64,000 bases of DNA, from the NCBI GenBank assembly GCA_964016885.1, contig OZ024741.1:107756001-107820000 (forward strand), given 5' to 3'. Numbering within the stretch: position 1 is the first letter of the stretch; the number at the start of each line of letters is the position of its first letter. Both the position numbers and the translations under genes were made by a program. Of the stretch, positions 25,082-43,337 are shown piece by piece. The notes under the pieces are model-generated. The model was not told the origin of the DNA, did not search any database, and saw nothing but the letters and a program-made list of their open reading frames with translations. Source of the DNA: Eledone cirrhosa. Taxonomy: Eukaryota.

Positions 25082-26218
25082 TCCTCAGGGAAGTGACGTT
25101 ATGCAGACAGACAGACAAACAGACAGATATTATAAGGGCGCGACGTTATAAGTATGTATCTATCTAAAAAGAGAAAGACTAAGAATTATAGAGATCGCTA
25201 AATCGCCTAATGCGGTCCCTAGAGCATTGGAAATTTGAAATTTCTTTTGCTGAGAACACTCTATGAAACATAAGTATTACATGTGTAAAGTTTGAAAACA
25301 GTCGGTTTGGTGCTTCTCTACTATACTAAGCGGTAAAATAGTAACTTTTGTTCTCGTAAAGGCACGTAAGGAAACAAACTGAAGCTATACAGCGAGACAG
25401 ATATTATAAAGGCCCGACGTTATATGTATGTATCTATCTAAAAAGAGAAAGACTAAGAATTATAGAGCGAGATCTCTAAACCGTCTAATATGGTCCCTAG
25501 GGCATAGAAAATTTAACATTGTCTTTTTGCTCAAATCACTCCCTGAAACATAAGTATTATATGTGTAAAGGTTGAAAACAGTCGGTTGGGTGGTTCTCGA
25601 GTTTTAGGGATTCGAACTCACACACACACAGACAGACATCCTCAGTTTTATATATATAAACTAGCAGAAAACCACCCGGTGGGAGGTTTTCTGCTAGCAA
25701 ATCTAGTGTATATACTGTTGAGATATTGTTGAGATTTGGATGAGAAATGTTTTCGGCATCACATGTTCACCGTCTCTCGGTGTGTCTTTTATGCATGTAT
25801 AACTATATATGTTATCTATACGGTGAAATCTTTGAAATAAATATATGTTAAAACGAAAAAGGAGAAAAAGAGATTAGTGACGGAAATATAAACGTTATGA
25901 TACATAAACGTTATGATATAACGATGGAAATATATCTTCAAATGGTCCTTGGCATGGTGTCCAGTCAGAACCGCCTCGAACTGGTTACTTCTGGCTTGTG
26001 CAAGGTGTCTCTATAGCAACCAGCGATTCCCTCGGCGTCAGTGACCAAAGTCAGTGGAGAGGGGAGGGTAATGTTTCTATAGCGACAGTGTTTCTCTTGG
26101 TAATACCAAAGTGGAGAAAGGAAGGGGAAGGTAATATTTCTGTAGCACCTACATTTGAGTTTTAGGGAAGGACAGACAGACAGACAGACAGACAGACAGA
26201 GAAATGCCCATATATTTC

Positions 26219-26279
<61 letters not shown>

Positions 26280-27035
26280 CACACACAGAAATGTATATAT
26301 ATTTCTGTGTGTATATATATATATATATTACACACACAGAAATGTATATATATTTCTGTGTGTATATATATATATTTCTGTGTGTGTATATATATAGATA
26401 TTACACACACAGAAATGTATATATATTTCTTAGAACAAAATTATTATTAATGTTTTGCTGTTCATAACAATTGGAATTGAAAAATTACTTTTGAAATTAT
26501 TAGTTATTTTACTAATGCTTAGATATGTAAAAATGAAGCAATGTTTCTAATAATTGTTTCTACTTTTGGCACAAGGCTAGCAATTACACAGTACATTACT
26601 GGTACTTTATTTTATCGACCCCGTAAGGATGAAAGGCAAAGTTAACCTCGGCGGGATTTGAACTCAGACCGTAAAGGGACGTAACTCCATGCTATGAAGC
26701 ATGGTGTCCGACTCTCTACAGATTCTGCCAATCCACCGCCCTAATGTCTGTACGTAATGAGGGAGTGAGAGGGGAGAGAAAGAAAGGCAGAGGTGAAGTG
26801 ACGAAGTGACTCTCTCCTCCTCCTCCTCCTCCTCCTCCATCTCCCCATTCGTCACAGCGATAGAGGGGAGGAATGTTAGTGTGTTACAAAGAGAAAGAGT
26901 GATAGTGAGAGAAACAGACAGACTAAAAAAGAGGGATAGCTGGAGAGAGAGAGAGAGATAGCAACCACGCGCGCACGTGTTTCCACTGTCGGACAGACAG
27001 ACAGAGAAATTGCTGGTTATATATTATAAGGAGAT
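24438..27035 (+). mobile_element. Cluster of Helitron/Helentron-like non-autonomous elements (HINE/DINE-1-like) with internal ~140-290-bp repeats, interrupted by a SINE
   Basis: Starts actagc..acccggcgttgcacggg (24439) and actagcagaaaacc (25660); (GACA)n near the ends; recurring cacctaatgcgggccctagg and ctgaaacataagta blocks. Confidence 0.5.
26551..26740 (-). mobile_element. tRNA-derived SINE
   Basis: Reverse complement of the 15925-16114 consensus. Confidence 0.9.
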
Positions 27036-29879
27036 AATGAAACAGGCAAGGGAAACAATATATTTATGTACAGCTAATGTAAACAGACAGGACAGATAAG
27101 CCCATAACATACATGTGTATTAATGTATGTGTGGGTGAGTATATAGAGATATGTATGTATCTGTCTTTGTGATATTAGATGTAAGTGAACTTTTATGCAT
27201 GTTTATCCAATATATATATACTAATGTTATAAAATGTTGACTCACAAGAGCTATATATGTAACACACTAATAATTGAATAAGGATGTATTTAGAATCAAG
27301 CACTCGACGACATATGTATCCTTCCAAATGCGAATTGTTAGTCTATGATGGAATATTCGTACAATAATTATAATTGCGAAAGTCAGATGTAAAAATTCAT
27401 AATTCCTTCATTCATAATCAAACGTAGTACATTTTTCTGCGGCGTGTATGATTACGTAATTCTCTAATCACTCAACCACTCACACGACTGTATCAAACCG
27501 CATCTTAGATAATACTTTTGTTGTGTAATGTAGCTACCGCAATACATAATATGTATGGATGTGTTGTTTGTTTCACTTATCGAAAGAGACAGGATTCGAT
27601 AAGGGAAATATACATTTTATTCGTCTTCTTGATGATAACCTGTATCAGCAATATGATATAACCTTATTATCAAAGATGCTGTCGGATAATGTCGTCTTGG
27701 AGGCTACATAATCGCAGCATCAGTGTATCATGGACGCCAAAGAAATATGTATTACGGCTAATTATGATTATCTTGTTTTATATATATATATATATATATA
27801 CATATAACTAGTCAATTTTAGATGTTTTGGTAAATAATGGCGACGGTCTGTCTGTGAGGCCACTGCAGCTATACTTTCTGCGATGAACAACTTACTTACT
27901 GCCCAGCAGCTTCTGTGCTGATATATGCGATGACGATATTCATTGTAATGGGATTGTAAGGAATGTAGGGACAATAACAAGAAAGAAGAAGAAGAAGAAG
28001 AAGAAGAAGAAGAAGAAGAAGAAGAAGAAGAAGAAGAAGAAGAAGAAGAAGAAGAAGAAGAAGCATTATAATTTAGGTACAGGACCATCAACTTGAGGGT
28101 GGTGAAAACCGATTACTCCAACGCCAGTACGTGACTGGTACTATATTTCATCACCCAAGGAAGGAAAAAAGTCAAAGCCGGCCTCGGCAGGATTTGGAGG
28201 TAATGTTGTAGCTAAAAGTTGCATAGTATTTTGTCCAACACGATAACGATTTTACCATTCCACTACTCTCAAACACCAATTTAATAATAGAAAAAGTGAT
28301 ATTATTAAATATTATTCGAAATTCTTCATTATTTTCACAATTATTTGAAAGTCATAGCCAGTGTATTCCATTAGAAATATGGTAATGAGTGGGTTAAACA
28401 ATAAGATATTAAATTTTATTCAGTAACTGCGCACGCATGTTCATATACATTTATGTATATACTGTAAAACAACAAAAAAATATATCCATACTTACATTTT
28501 AAAAAAATGTTTATATGTATATATGTAAATGTGTATGTTTGCTTATATTAGCAATTACAATTGTATTCCCGGGTGGATATACAGAAAAATAAGCAACTTA
28601 AGAGAATACGCAATACTTTTTTTAAACATCATGTGTAAAATAAAAAGCTGTGTCAGCGTCGCTATTTTCGATAAAGTAAAACGAGCAGTTGTGATAATCA
28701 ATATGATATCAACATAGGTTTACTGGAACCAGCTGGTAGTTGTACTATTGATTTCATTTCTCAAAAATTTATCTTTTCTTACTATTGGCAAATGTGTTGT
28801 GTAGTGTTGTAGTGAGTCATAAAACCGGGTGAAGTATCTTTTCTCTCCATCCGTGTAACGTTAACCGGATTTTGCCCATAAATGTACCGGACGCTGAAGT
28901 CACCTAATGATGACGTGTCAGCTCACGGTGACACATTCTAATCGATTCAAATAATTTTTACTCTATGATCTTCCAACCCTTTTCTTTAAAACATTATTTT
29001 TCCTTTCATATCATACACACCATTAATTTTCTATGGTTAATCTTCTATCAGATAATTCTCCCTCTCTTCTCTTGGTAAATATCTTAAGATATCTGCTGGG
29101 AACTTTGATGAAATCATCTTCTAAGCGAAATCTGTTACAGGTTATTCTTTGTTTCTTCCTTCCTTCCATTTCTATATATGACTAACACCTAGCTGATGAC
29201 TAAGTTTGTATGCTTAACGGAAAGGCAATAATAAATTTGTCGAATCATCAATAGAATTTTGTTGTAGAACCAGAGGTAAGCTACCAACTCGTATCCCCAA
29301 CCCAATTTCAATACCATGTAAAGTCAATTCATTTCATTGGCATATCTAAGGCAATTTGGAAAAGCATACGCACTCATTTGCTGTAGGACATATACAAAAA
29401 CCATCATATTTATTTTTATCGATTTTTATCGTCTTTTACAACCGATACATCGATTATTAGAATTTTCTTTTTTTGATTGTCCATGGCAACTATATAAAAT
29501 TGATTAGCTCTTGGTTTCATTGTTTGTGTAGATCGGCATATCACAGAGTAAAGTCTTCTTGGTATTTTCTGAAACCTTTCTTCTGGTGTATGTTTACCCT
29601 ACATCCCTTCCGCTAACATTTCACTGTGTTTAAACCGTTGCTCATGATTAAATGACTGCCTTTGAAGTGAACCCTCTCTAATTTTAGGGTATTTCCCGTG
29701 CATTATCTAGTCCCTCCACGTCGTCTGCGTTTGAAGCTGGCCATGGTAGTTCATAACCTGCTTCATAGCCACATCGCTTTCTGTTAATGGGGATTCTGAG
29801 ACGTTAGACACTTTCTTCGATTGCGTAAATTCCGTTTTTATAAGATATGCGTCCAGCCTAATAATAATTATTTTTAGGT

Positions 29880-30212
29880 GAGTGTTTGTTAAAATGGTCT
29901 GCGGTACTTAGTTATTACGTTCTTGGTTCTACGTTCAAAGTTCAAATCTTGCCACGGTCAATTTTGACTTTCATCCTTCTGAGTTTGATAAAATAAAGTA
30001 CAGATTAAGTACTAGGGTCAATAATACCGCCTTCCTCCTTCTCTGAATTACTGGCCCTGTGCCAATGTTAGAAATGATAATAATTGTTTCTACTTTTGGC
30101 ACAAGGCCAGCAATTACCCAGTACATTACTGGTACTTTATTTTATCGACCCCGTAAGGATGAAAGGCAAAGTTAACCTCGGGGCGGGATTTGAACTCAGA
30201 ACGTAAAGGGAC
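29880..30212. mobile_element. Two SINE copies tail-to-tail (old + copy 29880-30075; - copy 30081-30212)
   Basis: gttcaaatc..ctttcatcctt..gataaaataaagtac on both strands. Confidence 0.75.
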
Positions 30213-30699
30213 AATAATAATTAATATTATACTTTTTTTCTGAACCGGTCACCAGGTATATACCTGCTTCACAATTTTGAAACTTGTTTACTCATTTAGA
30301 AAACGATTTTTGTTGAAATGGTTATATTGTTTTATGGTCAAACCGAGCGGAGTCCAAACGAACCGGTCAGTTTCCTTTTGTCTTAGGGGCAATTTAATTA
30401 CTAATATGTGCCTTGTTTTTTGAATAACATTTGAATAACATATCGTCTACTACGTTGTCTGTTAGAGGCACCACCCAGCTATCCACTGACTGGAACAGCT
30501 AGAGGTTAACTAGAGTTTACAACACCACCAACATGACAAAAACAATATCTGGTGAAGCAACAGCAGAATTTCGTGCTATTTTTCTGCCTTACCAACCTGA
30601 TATCTGTTATTAGGCTGAAACAATGATCTGTCAGCTGAGAAATGCGGTCAGTAGAAATTTCACGTAAGCACTCTATTGTCGACTAGTGCTGGGCAAACG

Positions 30700-31515
30700 T
30701 GATGACCTGCTCAGAGAAACTATAGGCGGTGACCACTGTGAACTAATTATTCTATTTCGAAGGATTTTCGGTCCGAAAAGTATGGATAATTTCTAGGAAT
30801 TTCTGGCATGGAAGTTTTATCAATTCGGGACAAACTTTACAGTAATGGAAGTGCTGTGAGCCGGGCCTGTCCAAGATGCGTGTGGATCGATGAAACTATT
30901 CTGCACACACCCATCTTGTGTCCGTGCGTTGCTGCCTTGAGGAGTTTTGACAAACAGCTATTGTCACGTGTGGGACGGTTCCAGTTATCGGCCGACACCA
31001 TCGCAGCAATCGACGCGCACACTTCTTTTGGTCATGAAGTGCAGGCAATTTTTCTCTGTATGATGGAAACGGCGAAAGTGGTTCTGTGGTTGACAAGGCT
31101 GAAATGATCGAAGACGGACACATCCCTATTCGGTCAAGCCATCATAGGTGCTTTAATGTTCCACTTGTCAAGGCAGTTGAGATTGGGATGGAAAGTGTTA
31201 CCCTCAGTATATTTGAAAATGACCTCATTATTTTAGCCAGAATGGTCCGAGTGAATGGGCCAATAGGCGGGAGAGAACAGAGGGGAGAGTGGCGTTTGTT
31301 TCTGGTGCCGTTGCTAAGCAGGGTGATATCGGATTTGTTGAGTTCTTAATAACCCACAGGGCGGTGCTTCTCCTATTGGGGAATTCTGTTGTTATTAATT
31401 TATTGTTATTTTTATTTCCTGCTTTTATTTTATTTATTCATTTCATGCAAATACGCACCATCCTTGTTTATTTGTATTCTCCTTAATGTTTTCGACTCCG
31501 GTGTCATAAATAAAT
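30700..31515 (+). mobile_element. Degenerate L1/Tx1-type LINE 3' end (CCHC zinc knuckle)
   Basis: LSIRDKLY..RACPRC..DETILH...CPCV; aataaa near 31508. Confidence 0.6.
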
Positions 31516-31542
31516 CATCATTATCATCATTATCATTATCAA

Positions 31543-31733
31543 TGGTATTGTGGATTGGCAGTATCGGTAGAGGGTCGGACGCCATGCTTTCCAGCATAGT
31601 TACGTCCCTTTACGATCTGAGTTCAAATCCCGCCGAGGTTGACTTTGCCTTTCATCCTTACGTGGTCGATAAAATAAAGTACCAGTAATGCACTGGGTAA
31701 TTGCTGGCCTTGTGCCTAAAGTAGAAACAATTA
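31543..31733 (+). mobile_element. tRNA-derived SINE
   Basis: A box tggcagtatcgg, B box gagttcaaatccc. Confidence 0.9.
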
Positions 31734-31996
31734 TCATCATTATCACCACCATGATCATTATTGCTGTTGTTGTTGTAGTTATTGTGCTGTTATAGTTGCT
31801 GCTGCAGTCTTGTTGTTCTCATTATATATGTGTATGCGATTGCTTCGGATATAAATTTTGTATAACAGAAAAAAAGAAAAGAAATATACAAATATTAAAA
31901 TAAAATATTAAGAATAGAACCCGAATGAAAAACAGATGAATGTGTATTAGAAAGAGAAGACAGCAACAAGAGCAGCAGCAATTGCAGTAGTAGTAA

Positions 31997-32182
31997 TATT
32001 TGTTTCTACTTTAGGCACAAGGCCAGCAATTACCCAGTTCATTACTGGTACTTTATTTTATCGACCCCGTAAGGATGAAAGGCAAAGTCAACCTCGGCGG
32101 GATTTGAACTCAGATCGTAAAGGGACGTAACTATGCCGGAAAGCATGGCGTCCGACCCTCTACCGATACTGCCAATCTATCG
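31997..32182 (-). mobile_element. tRNA-derived SINE, inverted relative to 31543-31733
   Basis: Reverse complement of the consensus. Confidence 0.9.
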
Positions 32183-32672
32183 CAGTAGTAGTAATATTAC
32201 CAGCATTGTAGAGGAAGTGTGGGGCTATAAAACCCAAATGAAAGAGGAACATTCCTGTCAGTTAACAACAGAGTTGTATCAAACCAGCCTAAATAAACAT
32301 CATAAATATTTTAATGTAGACTAAGAACTATATGTGTGGTACTGAGGTGGAAATTAGGAAAATATGTTAAAAGCTAAAGTAACCTATGCAATATGAGAAA
32401 TGGCATTGTATTTACGAGGTTGTCCCTCACAAATTGTGGTGCTGAATTCGATCGCACTCTGTTGTGTGTCACCATAGACTATTGTTTACTGTTAGGGCTT
32501 CCAATCAGTACAGTCAATGACAGTTTAACTTATTCGAAACTGCAGAATCCTATCCCCATTTATGTTGTATCTACTATTCAAAATTCAGTCTTCTCTGATG
32601 AGCCTGTGAAGGGACAGGTTAAACTTCAGAGTAAATAGACTGACCACATAATCATAACAAATAAATAAATAA

Positions 32673-32707
<35 letters not shown>

Positions 32708-33622
32708 TATATATATATGTATATATATATATATAAGCAAACATAAATGGAGGAGAAGGCAATACATTCAAAAACAAAATTTACTCCTTACACGGTGTTT
32801 CACCTAGATAATATCAGTAATATGTGTGTATGTATATATATTATTATAAAGAATATTTTCTTAGAATCTTAAGAGAAGAAACATTATTGTTTTTGATGAT
32901 AACAGCGAAAGAAAATTTTCTTTCATATATATATATATATATATATGAACGAAGATATTTGTTTCTCCGTTACGAGCCTCCTATTACCCGCAGTAATCTC
33001 ATTAATTCAACGAAACTGCAGGATGTTGAGATCTGAAGAGAATTATATAATGTTTGCGACATGTCACTCTCATACATTCTTTTTCTTTATTCCTATCTTC
33101 TCTTCCTTCCTTCGAGTCGAGTCAACTCACATCTAGCCGCTGATCTCTGCCCTTAGAGGTAAAATGTATTACCCAATGCCGCTTCGGCAGCATTCTGGTG
33201 TTCTAACAGCTTCCATACGCCGAGTTTTTCCAATGTCCCTGATAATATATATATATTATATGGGATAACAAGTTATCGTTATAGGTAATCCAGTTAGAGG
33301 TTGTGAGTACTCTGTATTGTAAATAGTTTTAACGTACGGCTTTGTTTTACTCAACAAGATGTTTCCATAGTTAGGTAGCGAGTTCGCGAGAATTCCTATG
33401 CAGGTTATACTTGGAGTAATAATAGTGAAAGATTGAAGAATAACATGGTCGGCTGTACAACAAGTGGCTTTATTTCAGGTATTAAAAATTGTTTCATTGA
33501 TCAGGTGAGTCTAAAGGCCGCTAATCACTCGAAGTTGCGTCACTCGACCTTAAATACAGTGTTTACCTCTGATTAAATCCTCAGAATACGCGTTCCAGTA
33601 TTCACTTAGCACGTCTTAAGAG

Positions 33623-33649
<27 letters not shown>

Positions 33650-33653
<4 letters not shown>

Positions 33654-33872
33654 GGAACGAGTAGGACCCCGACGGCTGTGCTCAAGCCGTTTCGACGGCT
33701 AATTCTTTTTTTTATTTTTTTTTATTTTTTAGTCCAGAATTAGTCGTCGAAACGGCTTGAGCTCAGCCGTCGGGGTCCTACTCGTTCCTATTACCCACTG
33801 TACTACCCTAAGTATTGAGTACTTTGGTGCGTTATGGTCCACCTGGTTCCTTACCACATTTCCTTCGTTATA
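33650..33872. mobile_element. TA-flanked fold-back fragment carrying the 3' half of a hammerhead; relative at 8312-8468
   Basis: 33651-33706 is inverted to 33736-33791; gccgtc GAAA cg TC in the 8420-8433 copy. Confidence 0.65.
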
Positions 33873-34304
33873 TATATATATATATATATAGGTCTCTTAA
33901 TACGTGCTAACTGGATACTGGAACGAAATGCCTGTTGATGAAGAGAATTCCTCGTTCAATCAATCTTCGGATAAATTACTGACTTGCGTGCTACGCAACT
34001 TGGAGTGTAGCTTCCGCATTCCCAGAACCCTATCGAAGATATTCATCGATTAATATCTAATATCTATCGACCATGTCCAGGTTCGTCTTTAACCTGTCTG
34101 TATTCTCGTTGTTGTAGTATTAAGGTGGCAACACACCTCTGGTCGCATTTTTCATTGTGTAACATTACCTAACTTATGTTTACTCTGAGGATTAAATTAT
34201 TGATTTCTCTCTCATTGAGTGCTCGGTGGCAGCCTCCAAAAATTGAGTGTTATCCTGCTACTCTCAGCTACAACTTCGGTTATACTCAATATACATATAT
34301 ATAT

Positions 34305-34679
34305 ATGTCAAACAACACACCATCTTCACCCTACAGACCCACACACCCCCAGGCCTGAACTCCCCACCTCTATTCCTTTAGCCTTCGAACCCCCCCCCAC
34401 ACACACACACACATATCCCCCCACTAACACCACTAACACACTCCTCAGTTTCACCGCCCCCACCCCCTTGGCCCTCCCCACAACTAATAATACTAAATTT
34501 TTTTTAATGTCTTTCCACCACTCCCCCACACACCCTCGAAACTCTCTTCCTACCCACTGTTCTCTTGATGAAGGGCTTATGCCCGAAACGTCGTCCCCCA
34601 CCTCCCACTCTCAAGCGTGAAACTAAAAACCATATCATTTGCACTGCCTCTCTGTTTTTTTGTTCTCTGTTCATTTATT

Positions 34680-34684
<5 letters not shown>
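34305..34684 (+). mobile_element. Solo pLTR related to the C-rich PLE (hammerhead-like motif at 34565-34594)
   Basis: atgtct..ccaccactcccc.acacaccct.gaa.ctctc..tgatgaagggcttatgcccgaaacgtcgt matches 14063-14230. Confidence 0.85.
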
Positions 34685-34749
<65 letters not shown>

Positions 34750-36586
34750 AAAGGTTGTATTTTCAGAAATATACGAGGTGTTTATGTTTAATAAACATCT
34801 TTAAGCATTACTATGAATTTGCAATACGTTGTGATGTTGTCAGTGCCATATCTAGCAAAAACGGGAGAGCACCTTGACGGCAATAGTTCTGGATGTTAAT
34901 CTGTCCTCAGAGAGTCCTACACTTTCGCTGCTAAGACAAAATAAGCTGAAATCTATTTATTTTCTTTTGATAATGCTCATTTGCATTCATACACACACTC
35001 ACAGATACACAGGCCGCACACACAAACACACACGCACACGCACACACATGTATACATATACATACATATGCAACACTTCAATTAAATATAATCTTTGTGG
35101 AAATGAAAATCCTTTATTGCCAAATTCTTCGTAAGAAAGGAAATTAATTTATATATGAAAAATGCAAGGCATGACAAAACGTTAATGAAAATATTCAAGG
35201 TCTTAAACAAAATTAGATTAAATAACATGTCACCTAGGCAGTATATGTCTTCATAGTTCGACAAAGAAAAAACAGAACAAATTCTCAAACGTATATTTTA
35301 CACCCTAATATGATAATACAGAGTTACAGGTTATCAAGAAGATAATGAACAATGGTTATATTAATGGATGTGATACAACATGTCGGCAGATAAATATTTA
35401 CTGCGGCCACAATACTGCTACGACTTCCGGCATAGTGGTAGTAGTAGTAGTAGTAGTAGTAGTAAAGCCTAAAACTGTTTACTGAATACTGACGAAGGAC
35501 ATTCTAAAAATATGATTTATAATACATTAATTTTAAATAATAATTGAGCATGCATATATATATACATACACAGACAATCCGACACTGACATGAGCTTGTT
35601 AGGAATAATTTAATGTTGTCAGCAGGAATAGTCTTAATTCTCATTGGTCAGTTTGTAGATGCTAGTAGGGTTGGTATTTGACCTCAAAGAGGCAGGTGGT
35701 GTTGTAAAGTTCAAACCGTCAGGCAAGATGACAATAGTTCCATATGACTGATTTTCACAAAAAGCATTCCTGGTCAGATATATATTCAATTGAGGTTAAT
35801 AGTATGAAATAGAACTAAAGGTCATTCTTAAATTGAGGTATTTATGTGGAGTGGTACTACTGAAATTTATGTTTAGAGTTGAATACTTGAACATTTACAA
35901 ATAAAAAGACTTATGTAGGTTGACTTGCACATACACTCACACCCACCTCCACATGCACACACACACGCGCGCTTGTGTGTGTGTGTTGATATTTATATGT
36001 ATATCTATATTCATCTTTCTATCTCTCTCTCTATATATAAAAAGTTTATCTCTGCACATAATATATATGTCTTCACATAAACGTTGTTTATATTTTCACA
36101 TTACAGAGACACTGCTCACAATTTGTACATATATATATAATAAGGTTATATCTTTATATATATATACATATGACAAAGTTATATATATATAGAGAGAGAG
36201 TGGGTAAAGGAGTCTGCAGCAATGTATATATAATTATACATGTTTTTATTGTGTAGAGATGTAAATATGCCAGAGGCCCGGATTTCCCTCTGAATTGAAA
36301 AGATGATAAACATCTTCAATCAATTTTCGGATTTAGTTGGATGTTTATTAGGTGTGTATATCATCTAAAACAACACAGGTAAATACGTATTTGATGGGCT
36401 TATATATCCATTCGCCCACATTAGTATTCAGGAATGATCATACTAATTTGCATACAATTAGTGTTCGTATTGGTTCGTAAGGTGTATAACAAAAAGTGAA
36501 CCAAGGACGCGAAGTTTTCGGTAATGTTATAGATGAGTATATACAGTGTGGTTAACCAAGGCTACGCCAATTTGTATATGAATTTG

Positions 36587-37109
<523 letters not shown>

Positions 37110-37134
37110 TATTTTGTATATATATATGTGTGTG

Positions 37135-37172
<38 letters not shown>

Positions 37173-37180
37173 TATATATG

Positions 37181-37238
<58 letters not shown>

Positions 37239-37356
37239 TTGAAAAAATGAAAACGAAGTTTCATTTCTCACTCTTAGTATGGCACTTACTTAAATGTAAG
37301 TATGTATGTATACGTACATACATATATGTATACAGACGTACAGTCGCATGCATATA

Positions 37357-37470
<114 letters not shown>

Positions 37471-37619
37471 CAGGTACACATACATATATGCACGCATCAG
37501 TTTAGCGGATGCTTATTATAACGCCGCTTTGTTCGTTTGTCAACAAACTGAACAGCCTGAATTTATGCCATGCGGTGTTAAGGCAACCACGTCACCTTTT
37601 TGTTCAACACTGACACAGG

Positions 37620-37664
37620 AACGATGTACTAGTTTCAAGCTTGTTAGCTATCATCAGCACCGTT
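37620..37664 (-). ncRNA. Type-I hammerhead ribozyme
   Basis: aacggtg CTGATGA t-agct-aaca-agct-t GAAA ctag TA catcgtt. Confidence 0.85.
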
Positions 37665-37898
37665 TACCCATCTGCCAGATAGTTGAACGTTCGAAAGTAT
37701 ATACTTTCCTTATGAAAATTAACGGCTGAGCAGCCTAATTTGCATATTGAGTGAGTTAAATCGGTCAGGCATACCGAAAACGATAAGTTGAAAAAAATGA
37801 AAACGAAATTTCATTTCTCACTCTTAGTATGGCACTTACTTAAATGTAAATATGTATGTATACGTACATACATATATGTATACAGACGTACAGTAGCA

Positions 37899-37978
<80 letters not shown>

Positions 37979-38171
37979 TGCTACTGTTTGCAAACCGCAC
38001 GGACACTCTATCTCAAAATTATTTTTGAAAAGCATTTAGAAATGCGCAACCGGTAAAAACTTAAAACCACAACTGAATACTAACCCATACAATCACTAAT
38101 ACTCTTTTATTCCTAATTAAACCATTTTTCAACTGTGAACAATTTGTCAGCATTTTCTATTCCGTTTACCA

Positions 38172-38202
<31 letters not shown>

Positions 38203-38351
38203 CAGGTACACATACATATATGCACGCATCAGTTTAGCGGACGCTTATTATAACGCCGCATTGTTCGTTTGTCAACAAACTGAACAGCCTGAATTTATGC
38301 CATACGGTGTTAAGGCAACCACGTCACCTTTTTGTTCAACACTGACACAGG

Positions 38352-38396
38352 AACGATGTACTAGTTTCAAGCTTGTTAGCTATCATCAGCACCGTT
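38352..38396 (-). ncRNA. Type-I hammerhead ribozyme (second unit)
   Basis: Identical to 37620-37664. Confidence 0.85.
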
Positions 38397-38713
38397 TACC
38401 CATCTGCCAGATAGTTGAACGTTCGAAAGTATATACTTTCCTTATGAAAATTAACGGCTGAGCAGCCTAATTTGCATATTGAGTGAGTTAAATCGGTCAG
38501 GCATACCGAAAACGATAAGTTGAAAAAAATGAAAACGAAATTTCATTTCTCACTCTTAGTATGGCACTTACTTAAATGTAAGTATGTATGTATACGTACA
38601 TACATATATGTATACAAACGTACAGTAGCAGTTCAGTTTGTTGACAAACGAACAAAACGGCGTTATAATAAGCGTCCGCTAAACTGATGCGTGCATATAT
38701 GTATGTGTACCTG

Positions 38714-38819
<106 letters not shown>

Positions 38820-38872
38820 TGCTACTGTACGTCTGTATACATATATGTATGTACATATACATACATACTTAC

Positions 38873-41443
<2,571 letters not shown>

Positions 41444-41753
41444 TATATATATATAAGCAGAAGGGATATTCAATTTGTTGGTAATTCAACACATATCAAT
41501 GTTTATAACTGATTCAGAGCACTCGACAGCTTTCTGGAGTATAATATTCAATGATATTAAATAAATGGAAACTATATTTATAAAACCATATTTAGTCTAT
41601 TATATATATTTCAAGAGTACCAACATTTTGCTACGCTATCATCAGATAAAATACGAAGTCTGTTTTATAAATATTTGAGATAACCAAGGAATCTATGCTT
41701 TAACGGTTCAAGTTTTCCTTGGATATATATATGTATATATTTTTTTATATATA

Positions 41754-41808
<55 letters not shown>

Positions 41809-41992
41809 TTTGAAAAGCATTTAGAAATGCGCAACCGGTAAAAACTTTAAAACTTAAAACCACAACTGAATACTAACCCATACAATCACTAATACTCTTT
41901 TATTCCTAATTAAACCATTTTTCAACTGTGAACAATTTGTCAGCATTTTCTATTCCGTTTACCAATATATATATATATATATATATATAAAA

Positions 41993-42562
41993 TACATTAT
42001 AAAGAAAGAAGAAACATTAGACATAAAGAAAAAAATATAAATACCCAATATTCCTCTACATTCTCGACTGTACAGTTTCGCGGCTACTTTGCAAAAACAC
42101 TACATCATAGAGATACAGTATCTTTGTGAGGTTTGCCAGCTTATCAAGAGAATACCTCATTTAAAGTTTCAAAATAAATCCGCAAGGCGTGAGAGAGAAT
42201 CCCGGAAAGACGGAAGGGGAACTTATCAAGATACATAGAGATACATAGAGATGCAGTATCTTTGTGAGTTTTGCCAGCTTATCAAGAGAATACCTCATTT
42301 AAAGTTTCAAAACACGTCCACAAGGCTTAACTCTGTTTCTTGACCGCTGTATCACGTGATAAGTTCCCCCTCCGCCTTTCCAGGATTCTCTCTCACGCAT
42401 TGCGGACCTGTTTTGAAACTTTAAATGAGGTATTCTCTATGATGTAGTGTTGTTGCAAAGTAGCCGCGAAACTGTACAGTCGAGAATGCTGGAGGAATAT
42501 TGGGTATTTATATTCTTTTTAATTTATGTCTAATGTTTCTTCTTTCTTTATAATATATTATA
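41993..42562. mobile_element. Fold-back element with a degenerate hammerhead (GAAA ctgtacag TC; stem I tattctc/gagaatg)
   Basis: 41995-42230 is inverted to 42358-42560; internal ~140-bp duplication. Confidence 0.7.
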
Positions 42563-43036
42563 TAACTCTGATATAGAGTCAATCTAATTCATTCGGATTA
42601 TTTTGTCCCTATTATTCATAGAGCCACAATGGTTAAGGTGGGCACCACACAAATTCAGGAATATATGTGTGTATATGCATGTATATGTATGCATTCGCAT
42701 GTAGCTGTGGATTTCTTTTTATTGTATATATATATAAATACATAATCGGAGAAAGCTAATAGCGATACTCCGGCCAAATTCCAACTCACTCAACAAACAG
42801 GAAATACCTGAGTATATTCCTAATTAAACGTTCGGGGTGCTATCTAATTGTATTGTGTGGAAAATTGGCTGTATCATTTCAAATATATCTCTTCCCAGAC
42901 GACTCGTTTCATTATAAGTTGGGTGAAATTATACCAAATTATGTAGAAGATTCTATAAGATCAACAGATATTTATTCAAGTGGGCTCTTATAATTCTTCA
43001 GTGGGTGTCCAATAATATTAATATTGATAACCAAAT

Positions 43037-43163
<127 letters not shown>

Positions 43164-43305
43164 CATTAATACATACATACGTGTGTTTATAAATATCTAT
43201 CCATCTATCTATCTATCTTTTTCTCCTCCTCTCTCTCTGCCCTCTCCCCCTCTCTCTTTGTTTCTCTCTCTCTCTCTCTCAATATATATATTATATATAT
43301 ATATA

Positions 43306-43337
<32 letters not shown>

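Noticed and set aside
26200-26430. Spaced short repeats resembling a CRISPR array
   Set aside because: Eukaryotic minisatellite with TA-tract spacers; no unique spacers and no cas genes.
28950-29850. Possible ancient LINE RT remnant on the minus strand
   Set aside because: Only vague GFRK- and LRYA-like fragments; cannot be supported without a profile search.
37672-37709. Possible opposite-strand hammerhead (cagat(g)a..GAAA gtatatac TT), which would make the unit ambisense like a viroid
   Set aside because: Core is not CUGANGA, stems I and II do not pair, and GAAA..TT arises from a 16-bp palindrome.
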